From contig OZ024744.1 of NCBI GenBank assembly GCA_964016885.1, forward strand, positions 90,830,001-90,894,000: a DNA stretch of 64,000 bases, given 5' to 3'. The notes beneath the pieces are model-generated. The model had not been told where the DNA came from and did no database searches. It was given only the letters and a program-made list of their open reading frames with translations. The stretch's first letter is position 1. Each line of letters starts with the position of its first letter. Below are positions 11,450-22,057 of this stretch, piece after piece. This stretch comes from Eledone cirrhosa. Its lineage: Eukaryota. The translations under genes and the position numbers were made by a program.

Positions 11450-12468
11450 GTCTGTCTGTCTCTCTGTCCATCTGTCTGTCTTGCTCTCTCTGTCTCTCTC
11501 TGCCTGTCTGTCTGTCTCTCTGTCCATCTGTCTGTCTTGCTCTCTCTCTCTCTCTCTGCCTGTCTGTCTGTCTCTCTGTCCATCTGTCTGTCTTGCTCTC
11601 TCTGTCTCTCTCTGTCTGTCTGTCTCTCGGTCCATCTGTCTGTCTTGCTCTCTCTGTCTCTCTCTGCCTGTCTGTCTGTCTCTCTGTCCATCTGTCTGTC
11701 TTGCTCTCTCTCTCTCTCTCTGTCTGTCTGTCTGTCTCTCTGTCCAACTGTCTGTCTTGCTCTCTCTCTCTGTCTCTCTCTGCCTGTCTGTCTGTCTCTC
11801 TGTCCATCTGTCTGTCTTGCTCTCTCTCTCTCTCTCTGCCTGTCTGTCTGTCTCTCTCTCTCTGTCTCTCTCTGCCTGTCTGTCTGTCTCTCTGTCCATC
11901 TGTCTGTCTTGCTCTCTCTGTCTCTCTCTGCCTGTCTGTCTGTCTCTCTGTCCATCTGTCTGTCTCTCTCTCTCTGTCTCTCTCTGCCTGTCTGTCTGTC
12001 TCTCTGTCCATCTGTCTGTCTTGCTCTCTCTCTCTCTCTCTGTCTGTCTGTCTCTCTGTCCATCTGTCTGTCTTGCTCTCTCTGTCTCTCTCTGCCTGTC
12101 TGTCTGTCTCTCTGTCCATCTGTCTGTCTTGCTCTCTCTCTCCCTCTCTGCCTGTCTGTCTGTCTCTCTGTCCATCTGTCTGTCTTGCTCTCTCTCTCCC
12201 TCTCTGCCTGTCTGTCTGTCTCTCTGTCCATCTGTCTGTCTTGCTCTCTCTGTCTCTCTCTGCCTGTCTGTCTGTCTCTCTGTCCATCTGTCTGTCTCTC
12301 TCTCTCTGTCTCTCTCTGCCTGTCTGTCTGTCTCTCTGTCCATCTGTCTGTCTTGCTCTCTCTCTCTCTCTGTCTGTCTGTCTGTCTGTCTCTCTGTCCA
12401 TCTGTCTGTCTTGCTCTCTCTCTCTCTCTCTCTCTGTCCATCTGTCTGTCTTGCTCTCTCTCTCTCTC

Positions 12469-12499
<31 letters not shown>

Positions 12500-12516
12500 G
12501 TCCATCTGTCTGTCTT

Positions 12517-12564
<48 letters not shown>

Positions 12565-12756
12565 TGTCTCTCTCTGCCTGTCTGTCTGTCTCTCTGTCTG
12601 TCTGTCTGTCTTGCTCTCTCTCTCTCTCTCTGCCTGTCTGTCTGTCTCTCTGTCCATCTGTCTGTCTCACTCTGTCTCTCTCTGTCTGCCTGTCTATCTC
12701 TCTGTCCATCTGTCTGTCTTGCTCTCTCTGTCTCTCTCTCTCTGCCTGCCTGTCTG

Positions 12757-12809
<53 letters not shown>

Positions 12810-12912
12810 GCCTGTCTGTCTCTCTGTCCATCTGTCTTGCTCTCTCTCTCTCTCTCTCTGCCTGTCTGTCTGTCCATCTGTCTGTCTGTCTGTCTTGCTC
12901 TCTCTCTCTCTC

Positions 12913-12947
<35 letters not shown>

Positions 12948-13018
12948 GTCCATCTGTCTGTCTTGCTCTCTCTCTCTCTCTGCCTGCCTGTCTGTCTCTC
13001 TGTCCATCTGTCTGTCTT

Positions 13019-13058
<40 letters not shown>

Positions 13059-13994
13059 CATCTGTCTGTCCTGCTCTCTCTCTCTCTCTCTCTCTGCCTG
13101 TCTGTCTGTCTCTCTGTCCATCTGTCTGTCTTGCTCTCTCTGTCTCTCTCTCTCTGTCTGTCTGTCTCTCTGTCCATCTGTCTGTCTCTCTCTCTCTCTG
13201 TCTCTCTCTGCCTGCCTGTCTGTCTCTCTGTCCATCTGTCTGTCTTGCTCTCTCACTCTCTCTCTCTCTCTGCCTGTCTGTCTGTCTCTCTGTCTGTCTG
13301 TCTGTCTCTCTCTCTCTGTCTCTCTCTGCCTGTCTGTCTATCTCTCTGTCCATCTGTCTGTCTTGCTCTCTCTCTCTCTCTCTGCCTGTCTGTCTGTCTC
13401 TCTGTCCATCTGTCTGTCTTGCTCTCTCTCTCTCTGCCTGTCTGTCTGTCTCTCTGTCCATCTGTCTGTCTTGCTCTCTCTCTCTCTCTCTGCCTGTCTG
13501 TCTGTCTGTCTTGCTCTCTCTCTCTCTCTCTCTGCCTGTCTGTCTGTCTCTCTGTCTGTCTGTCTGTCTTGCTCTCTCTCTCTCTCTGCCTGTCTGTCTG
13601 TCTCTCTGTCCATCTGTCTGTCTTGCTCTCTCTCTCTCTCTCTGCCTGTCTGTCTGTCTCTCTGTCTGTCTGTCTGTCTCCCTCTCTCTGTCTCTCTCTG
13701 CCTGTCTGTCTGTCTCTCTGTCCATCTGTCTGTCTTGCTCTCTCTGTCTCTCTCTGCCTGCCTGTCTGTCTCTCTGTCCATCTGTCTGTCTTGCTCTCTC
13801 TCTCTCTCTCTGCCTGTCTGTCTGTCTCTCTGTCCATCTGTCTGTCTTGCTCTCTCTCTCTCTCTGCCTGTCTGTCTGTCTCTCTGTCCATCTGTCTGTC
13901 TTGCTCTCTCTGTCTCTCTCTGTCTGCCTGTCTGTCTCTCTGTCCATCTGTCTGTCTTGCTCCCTCTGTCTCTCTCTCTCTGCCTGCCTGTCTG

Positions 13995-14043
<49 letters not shown>

Positions 14044-14106
14044 GTCTGTCTCTCTGTCCATCTGTCTGTCTTGCTCTCTCTCTCTCTCTGCCTGTCTGTC
14101 TGTCCA

Positions 14107-14198
<92 letters not shown>

Positions 14199-14221
14199 GC
14201 CTGTCCATCTGTCTGTCTTGC

Positions 14222-14279
<58 letters not shown>

Positions 14280-14325
14280 CTCTCTGCCTATCTGTCTGTC
14301 CATCTGTCTCTCTATCTATCCACCT
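9964..14325 (+). repeat. 4.3-kb compound (TC)n/(TCTG)n array with a higher-order unit of about 50-60 bp
   Basis: Recurring TGTCCATCTGTCTGTCTTGC(TC)nTGCC(TGTC)n; the source of the spurious 900-1480 aa ORFs. Confidence 0.98.
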
Positions 14326-14512
14326 GGCTTTATTATAAAAAACAAAATAGCTGGAAAAAAAAAATACTTCAAGAGAACATGCTGTATGGTATGATATGGC
14401 ATTGCAGAGACCTGTAACTTTTGATGGAGTTGTGAGAGCCCTGTTGTAGCATACAATGTGTTTGGGGGGCATTTAAGCAGGGTGATGCCCCAGCTCCTCT
14501 CCAGGCTTGAAC

Positions 14513-14998
14513 CCAGCCAATTTCTTTCTGAAAAAGTGAGAGGAATGACTGAAAGAGAGGAATTGAGAAAGAGATATATATATATACACAGAGGAAGAAT
14601 TGACCCCAGTACTAGACACCACTGGTACTTTTTTTTTATCAACCTTGAAAAGATGAAAAGCAAGAAGTCCTTAATGTGATTTGAACTCAGAATGCCAAGA
14701 GCTGGAAAAAAATACTGCCAAGTATTCTAGCCACTGTTCTAATGATTCTACTAATGTAACACAGCCAGTTTCTTCCAGAAAAAGTGAGAAGGAGGCTGAA
14801 AGAGAGGAATTGAGAAAGAGATATATATATACAGAGGAAGATTTGAGTGGATTGGACTGGATAGGACTGGTACTTTTTTTTATCAACCTTAAAAGGAAGA
14901 AGGCAAAGCTGACCTTGGCTAGATTTGAACTCAGAGTGTAAGGAGCTGGAAGAAATACCACAAAGCATTCTATTCACTGTTCCAACAAAGCTATTAAT
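14513..14998 (-). mobile_element. Two tandem, older SINE copies related to family A with a different 3' tail
   Basis: Both contain CTGGTACTTTTTTTTATCAACCTT...GATTTGAACTCAGA and share GAAAGAGAGGAATTGAGAAAGAGATATATAT. Confidence 0.7.
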
Positions 14999-15034
14999 AT
15001 AATATGTGTCTCTACATTATCTAATTTCTCTCCC

Positions 15035-15360
15035 ATGGCTTAGTGGCTAGAGTGTTGGGCTTGCAATCAGGAGGTTGTGAGTTTGAATCTCAGACCAGGT
15101 GATGCGTTGTGTCCTTGAGCAAGACACTTTATTTCACGTTGCTCCAGTTCACTCAGCTGTAGCAATGAGTTGTGACATCACTTGTGCGAAGCTGTATCAG
15201 CCATCACCTTTCCCTTGGACAACATCGTTGGCATAGAGAGGTGAGGCTGGTATGCACAGGCGAATGTTGCTATTCCACAAACAAACCTTGCCTAGGCTTG
15301 TGCTTCAGAGGAAAATTTTATAGGTGCAAAACCATGGTCATTAGTGATCGATGGGGTCCG
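15035..15360 (+). mobile_element. tRNA-derived SINE family B (CORE/V-like centre)
   Basis: TGGCTTAGTGG A box, GAGTTTGAATCTC B box, GTGTCCTTGAGCAAGACACTTTATTTCAC central motif. Confidence 0.8.
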
Positions 15361-15377
15361 CTAAAATATATATAGTG

Positions 15378-15850
15378 GAGGTATGTCGACTAGTGGTAGG
15401 GTGTTGGACTTACAATCATAATGTTGTGGGTTCGATTCCTAGGTTGCATGTTGTGTTCTTGAGCAGGAATGGGGCGATCAAAAGCTGCTATGGCCAGATG
15501 GGGCTACAAGACAGGCCCAACCATCTGTGAATGCGGAGAGGAGGACCATAGGATGCAGCACTGCCTTGTTTGCCCTCTACTACCCAACCCATGCAGCTTA
15601 AAAGATCTCGCAGAATTTAATAATAATGCAAAGGACTGTGTAAAGATATGGGAAACTGTCATATAACCACATGCTTCGAAGATACGAAAAGAGGAAGAAG
15701 CTGAAAAATGAGTACCAGCAATAGCTGGGGGTTTAACTTTGCGATGGACTGGCGCCCAGAGAGTCTTGTACTCGCAGTCACTTCACGCCATGAAACCATG
15801 ATAAGCTCTGGCCAAATTAGCGTTCTGGCTTAAGACAGACTTTAGACTTT
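15378..15850 (+). mobile_element. Family B-type SINE interrupted by a LINE 3' end
   Basis: Head GGTTCGATTCC...GTGTTCTTGAGCA stops at about 15466 and resumes as AGCTGAAAAATGAGTACCAGC at about 15699; tail (AGACTTT)n. Confidence 0.65.
15466..15700 (+). mobile_element. 3' end of a Vingi/Ingi-like (I group) LINE
   Basis: Translates GRSKAAMARWGY...CECGEEDHRMQHCLVCP...DLAEFN then stop, a short UTR and a GAA-type tail. Confidence 0.65.
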
Positions 15851-16137
15851 AGATATATATATATATATTTGCATTGCTTTATTGTGCACCAATAAAACTC
15901 ACCTCCTACATATATATATATATATAAAACCAAAGTTTATATGGTTTGTTGGTTAGTCAACGAATACAATTTTACAATAGACTAGAAGCACTCGACAGAA
16001 ATATTTTTCTGGAGTATTTAATATTATTCAAAATATCAATAAATGAAAAATATTCTCATAATCAAAATATATATTTTATGATACATATTGGAATTGAATA
16101 ATCAAAACCGTAGCGGTATGTAACATATCCAATCTCT

Positions 16138-16210
16138 TATATATTTTATCTGATGAAAACGTACTTAAACACCATTGTACCTTTGAAATATGTATAATAA
16201 AATATATATT
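16138..16210 (+). ncRNA. Type I hammerhead ribozyme
   Basis: ATATTTTAT-CTGATGA-AAACGTAC...GTACCTTT-GAAA-TATGTAT-A-ATAAAATAT: stem I of about 12 bp, stem II, near-palindromic stem III. Confidence 0.75.
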
Positions 16211-16247
16211 TTGATTATGAGAATATTTTTCATTTATTAATATTTTG

Positions 16248-16284
<37 letters not shown>

Positions 16285-16324
16285 GATATTAAATAAATGG
16301 AAACTATATTTATAAAACCATATT

Positions 16325-16388
16325 TATTCTATTATATATATTTCAAGGGTACCAAAAACTTTGGTACGCTTTCATCAGATAAAATACA
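16325..16388 (-). ncRNA. Type I hammerhead ribozyme
   Basis: Minus strand TATTTTAT-CTGATGA-AAGCGTACCAA AGTTT TTGGTACCCTT-GAAA-TATATAT-A-ATAGAATA. Confidence 0.8.
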
Positions 16389-16680
16389 AAGAGTGTTTTA
16401 TAAATTTTTACATAGCCAAGGAAACCATACCTTATCAGTTGAATTTTCCTTGGGTAGTCAATATTAAATATTTAATATCATTGAATATTTACTCCAGAAA
16501 TCTGTTGAGTGCTCTGAATCAGTTATAAACATTTATATTTGTTGAATTTCCAACAAATTAAATATCCCTTCTACTTATATATATATATATGTATGTAAAA
16601 GGTAAACAGAAATAACAACACAATCGGTACAGTATATGGAAGGGATATATTAGGTTATCGCTTGATATAGCAGGAAGAGG

Positions 16681-16718
16681 GTCTTAACGTTTCAGACGCT
16701 AGTCCTTCATCAGAAGAA
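16681..16718 (-). ncRNA. Minimal hammerhead ribozyme in a Penelope-like terminal fragment (about 16597-16790)
   Basis: Minus strand TCTT-CTGATGA-AGGAC TAGC GTCT-GAAA-CGT-T-AAGA; ACGT palindromic stem III. Confidence 0.75.
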
Positions 16719-17025
16719 AGAATGAGAAATAAGATAGGTTGAGGGGACGGGCAGGTTGGAATTGGAAAAAATGTCTTTATATCATTCTCTCTCATGTTCT
16801 AAAGGACTTCCTCACTGTGGAGGTCTTATCAGATAGAAACATGTCAGTTACTTTCAGCAGTTGACTTTAGAGACCACATATAATTTAAACTGTGCAACAA
16901 TTTTTAATCAATTGCCATTGTTTCAGTTATCCTTTTTGCTAGTGGTTTTTCTTTTAGATTTTAAACAAATTGATAGGCAGTTTTTTTCTACCATGCAATG
17001 GTATGGTTGATGAAAAATATTTCAG

Positions 17026-17067
17026 TATATATATATATATATGCATATATATATATATATATATATA

Positions 17068-17115
<48 letters not shown>

Positions 17116-17139
17116 TATATGCATATATATATATATATA

Positions 17140-17183
<44 letters not shown>

Positions 17184-17267
17184 TATATATATATATATAT
17201 GCATATATATATATATATATATATATATGCATATATATATATATGCATATATATATATATATATATA

Positions 17268-17331
<64 letters not shown>

Positions 17332-17450
17332 TATATATATGTATATATATCTATGTATATATATGCATACATATATATATATACACACACACACAAATGC
17401 ATATATATATATATATGTAATGTATATGATATATATGTATGTATATAGTT
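17026..17450. repeat. (AT)n microsatellite with GC interruptions
   Basis: Direct reading. Further long (AT)n/(GT)n tracts lie at 18060-18185, 18520-18582, 18933-19054, 19775-19995, 22750-23300 and 54778-54903. Confidence 0.98.
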
Positions 17451-17792
17451 GGAGGTACATGGCTTAGTGGTTAGAGCATTGGCCTTGCAATCGAAAGGTT
17501 GTGAGTTCAATTCTCAGACCGGGTGATGTGTTGTGTCCTTCAGCAAGACACTTTATTTCACATTGCTCCAGTTTACTCACCTGTAGAAATGAGATGATAG
17601 GGACAGGGGTCCCTATCATTCCACTGGAAAGTGGTCGTGGAGGTGCCACGGCAAAAAAAGCACCCAGCACTCACTGTAAGTGAGGTTGGTGTTAGGAAGG
17701 GCATCCAGCTGTAGAAATCAAGCCAGAATCAGTTCCCATCACACCCTTGCAAGCAGGGAAAAGCGGACGTAAAATGAAATGAAATGAAATGA
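17451..17792 (+). mobile_element. SINE with tRNA head, CORE-like centre and an RTE-derived 3' half (second copy at 18590-18935)
   Basis: The 3' half GGTCGTGGAGGTGCCACGGCAAAAAAAGCACCCAGC...GGAAGGGCATCCAGCTGTAGAAATCAAGCCAGA matches the 3' UTR of the RTE copies at 46005-46140 and 50578-50718. Confidence 0.85.
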
Positions 17793-18073
17793 TATTTACG
17801 TATATACATATATGTATATACTATATATATGTATGTATACATAAATATATATGAAAAATGTATATTTTAATAAGAAAATGTCAGACTGGGTGGGTGGGAA
17901 AAATTTAATCAAACAAACAATAAAAAAATGATTTCTGAAATACCACAACAACAATAACAACAACAATAAAAATATTATTGACATGACTGATACAAGCACA
18001 ATAACAACAATATCAGCAACAAGCAAAAACAGAAGTAGCATTCTTTTTATGTGTGAGTATGTGTGTGTTTGTT

Positions 18074-18114
<41 letters not shown>

Positions 18115-18186
18115 ACATATGTATGTGTGTGTGTATATATATATATATGCATGCATATATATCTGTGTATATACATAAATATATAT

Positions 18187-18520
18187 CATCATCATCATCA
18201 TCATCACCGTTTAACGTCTATCTTCCATGCTAGCATGGGTTTAGATGGGAATCGTCCCACGTGAGGCAAGATCGGTTGTCTTGCTCATATAGGATTGTCT
18301 GGCCTGTTTTCTACAGCTGGATGCCCTTCCTAACACCAACCACGTTTACAGTGTGGACTGGGAGGTTTTTACCGTGTTACCTACACGCCCACATTACAGT
18401 GTGGACTGTGAGTTTTTTGTCGTGACACCTACACGACCTCATTTATTTAGGACTAGATGGGGGTGGGGGTAAGGGTAGTGGGATGGGGTGTATTTTCGGT
18501 TGGAAGGTGCCTACTGACTG
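18187..18520 (-). mobile_element. 5'-truncated RTE 3' UTR with (GAT)n tail (similar pieces at 20738-20865, 35221-35440, 45340-45530, 53995-54365, 58448-58720)
   Basis: Reverse complement of the 3' UTR seen at 58060-58428. Confidence 0.85.
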
Positions 18521-18584
<64 letters not shown>

Positions 18585-18932
18585 CATATTCAATTCTCAG
18601 ACCGGGTGATGTGTTTTTTCCTTCAGCAAGACACTTTATTTCACATTGCTCCAGTTTACTCAGCCGTAGAAATGAGATGATAGGGACTGGGGTCCCTATC
18701 ATTCCACTGCAAAGTGGTCGTGGAGGTGTCACAGCAAAAAAGCACCCAGCCCACACTGTAAAGTAGACGTGTAGGTGCTACGGAAAAAAAAAAGCACCCA
18801 CCACTCACTGTAAATGATGTTGGTGTTAGGAAGGGCATCCAGCTGTAGAAATCAAGCCAGAATCAGTTCCCATCCCACCCTTGCAAGCAGGGAAAAGCGG
18901 ACGTAAAATGAAATGATGATGATGAAATGATG

Positions 18933-19030
<98 letters not shown>

Positions 19031-19783
19031 GTAAATATATATATATATATATATGAAAAAATGGTGTGCTGCGTGGTTGCAAATGGGTTACATATGAATA
19101 AAATTAGTCCTTCATCAGTGATCTTCCAGCCTTCATTGGTATTTCATCACTTTAAAGATCATATACCTCTGGTTGGTGCAAGCAATGGCTAAAGAAAGTC
19201 GTTGGGACACGTAAATAGGGGGAACGAGCGAGACATGTAAACAAACAAAGATGGTAATGCAATGAAAAGTGAGGAAGAAGGAGTCAAGTCCCTGAAATCG
19301 ATGAACATAAGTTCTGTGAAATCGTGGACGAGAGATAAAGACCATCCAACCTGGTTGAAATGTGAGGGAGAAAAGGATTTCACACAGGTCAAACGGGAGG
19401 AAGTGATGGAGAGGGAGTAGCAGAGAGTGAGTGAGTGAAAGTGTGAGGAAGAGGCTAACAGAGAGAGTGACTGGCAGAGGGGGTAAAAAGAAAGTGAGAG
19501 ATACAGAGAAAGGGGAAGCAGTAAGAAAGAAACAGACGGATCACAGCGGAGGAAAATATATAAATATGTGAAAAAATGGCGTTCTGCGTGGTTGTAAATG
19601 GGCTACATATGTATATATATATATATGCATAAAGAAAAAAAGATGAAATCGAAAATGCAACTGGAGTCTTATTTTTTTAAAAAATATATATATTTATTTG
19701 GTTCCTTTACTGGTTTCACAGTTCTTCTGCTTTTCAAAAGTAGAGTTGAGATGGAGTGTCTGTGGTTTTTTCTCATATATATA

Positions 19784-19870
<87 letters not shown>

Positions 19871-19919
19871 GTATATACACAAATACATATGCATGCATAT
19901 ATATATATACACACATATA

Positions 19920-19992
<73 letters not shown>

Positions 19993-20127
19993 ATACTTTG
20001 ATTACCTGTACAGACAATATTTATTAGAATTCACAGCCTTTTTTCAAGAATAAAATGATCTACAGACATAATTCAATTGTATGTAAACACCCAAAAATGA
20101 TTACATACTTTAAATAATTGATTCTAT

Positions 20128-20297
20128 TTTTTTTTTGGCAGAAGGCCAGCAATTATTCCAGTACATTACTGGTACTCTATTTTATCGACCCCCGTAAGGA
20201 TGATAGGTAAAGTTAACCTCGGCGGGATTTGAACTCATATCGTAAAGGGCCGTAACTCTATGCTACAAAGTATGGCATCCGATCTTCCACCGATACT
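20128..20297 (-). mobile_element. Family A SINE whose head runs into a long palindrome
   Basis: Family A consensus. Confidence 0.85.
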
Positions 20298-20659
20298 TCA
20301 CACGGGGAAGCTGTTTGTGTGTATGAAATGTATATGTATATGCTCCGAACATTTGCTCCAGGGTGGTCTCGGTATGTTATCATTAATGAATGATGCACAC
20401 CTGCAGAATTACCTTGACAACAGCACTATGACAATGGCAATGACAACCCTGACCGTTCATCATGGTTGTCATTGCCATCGTCATAGTGCTGTTGTCAAGG
20501 TAATTCTGCAGGTGTGCATCATTCATTAATGATAACATACCGAGACCACCCTGGAGCAAATGTTCGGAGCACATACATATACATTTCATACACACAAACA
20601 GCTTCCCCGTGTGAAGTATCGGTGGATGCCATACTTTGTAGCATAGAGTTACGGCCCTT
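20245..20659. repeat. Near-perfect palindrome with arms of about 200 bp
   Basis: The arms are reverse complements around 20449-20463, with a few substitutions and one 8-bp indel. Confidence 0.95.
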
Positions 20660-20905
20660 AAACAGAATTTATTTTAATGCATTTTTTTTTAAAGATTGAA
20701 GTGTATATACATTTTTGGGGGACGCCCTATATATAAATGAGTTGTCTTGCTCGTATAGGGCTGTGTGGCGGGTTTTCTACGGCTGGATGCCCTTCCTAAC
20801 ACCAACCATGTTTACAGTGTGGACTGGGAGGTTTTTTACCGTGTTACCTACACGGCCACATTATACAAAGAGTGGACTGAGTGGACACATTATACAAAGA
20901 GTGGA

Positions 20906-20940
<35 letters not shown>

Positions 20941-20942
<2 letters not shown>

Positions 20943-21131
20943 GAAGGAAATGTGGTAAGGAACCAGATGGACCATAATGCACCAAAGTACTCAATACTTA
21001 GGGTAGTAGAGTGGGTAATAGGAATGAGTAGGACCCCGACAGCTGAGCTCAAACCGTTTTGACGGCTAATTCTGGACTCCAGAATTAGCCGTCGAAATGG
21101 CTTGAGCTCAGCCGTCGGGGTCCTACTCGTT

Positions 21132-21137
<6 letters not shown>
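20941..21137. mobile_element. Penelope-like terminal fragment ending in a 119-bp hairpin (21018-21136); related piece at 35880-35990
   Basis: Flanked by (AT)n; contains the 3' half of a hammerhead (stem II-GAAA-stem III-GTC) on both arms. Confidence 0.7.
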
Positions 21138-21176
<39 letters not shown>

Positions 21177-21391
21177 GTTAAAAATGTACATCCACATATG
21201 TATACTGAAATACTAGTATGCATATGAATACACACACGTATACATATGTAGATGTACCGAGTTTTTCACTGGTCACTTTACTGTGAGTGTCCAGCTATTC
21301 TGTATGTAAACACACAGACAAACCGGTTTTTAGAGTCATACTGGTTTTTGAGGAAACACCTTTCCTCTATTCTCCAGAAAGCCAGGCAAGG

Positions 21392-21436
21392 AATATTGAA
21401 CTAGTTTCGATGTTGTTACATCTCATCAGCAATATT
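21392..21436 (-). ncRNA. Type I hammerhead ribozyme (R1 left arm)
   Basis: Minus strand AATATTG-CTGATGA-GATGT AACA ACATC-GAAA-CTAGT-T-CAATATT. Confidence 0.92.
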
Positions 21437-22012
21437 TACCTATCTTCCGGCCTCTCTAGAGAATCGTAAAAGCACATATCGTTATATGCTTTTTCTATGA
21501 AAATTAGTAGTGGGCAGACTAATTTGCATAGAGCGTGAGTACGTACCGGTTCAACGGAGACGATAAAAACAAATAACGAAACGAAATTAAATTTCGTTTC
21601 ATTTGTAACTCACTTTTGTATGACTGACGCTTAAACAATTAAGTTAAAAATCTACATCCACATATGTATACTGAAATACTAGTATGCATATGAATACACA
21701 CACGTATACATATGTAGATGTACCGAGTTTTTCACTGGTCACTTTGTGTGTGTATTCATATGCATACTAGTATTTCAGTATACATATGTGGATGTACATT
21801 TTTAACTTAATTGTTTAAGCGTCAGTCATACAAAAGTGAGTTACAAATGAAACGAAATTTAATTTCGTTTCGTTATTTGTTTTTATCGTCTCCGTTGAAC
21901 CGGTATGTACTCACGCTCTATGCAAATTAGTCTGCCCACTACTAATTTTCATAGAAAAAGCATATAACGATATGTGCTTTTACGATTCTCTAGAGAGGCC
22001 GGAAGATAGGTA

Positions 22013-22057
22013 AATATTGCTGATGAGATGTAACAACATCGAAACTAGTTCAATATT
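22013..22057 (+). ncRNA. Type I hammerhead ribozyme (R1 right arm)
   Basis: AATATTG-CTGATGA-GATGT AACA ACATC-GAAA-CTAGT-T-CAATATT; perfect core, ACTAGT palindromic stem III, GUU site. Confidence 0.92.

Noticed and set aside
9893-14472. ORFs of 900-1480 aa on both strands
   Set aside because: They are translations of a stop-free TC/TCTG microsatellite.
15035-15100. tRNA genes at SINE heads (also 17455, 40988, 43615)
   Set aside because: A and B boxes are present but there is no complete cloverleaf, and they continue into SINE bodies.
19700-19745. Minus-strand TTGAAAA-GCAG AAGAA CTGT-GAAA-CCAGTA hammerhead-like motif
   Set aside because: Two core substitutions and a weak stem I; too degenerate to call.
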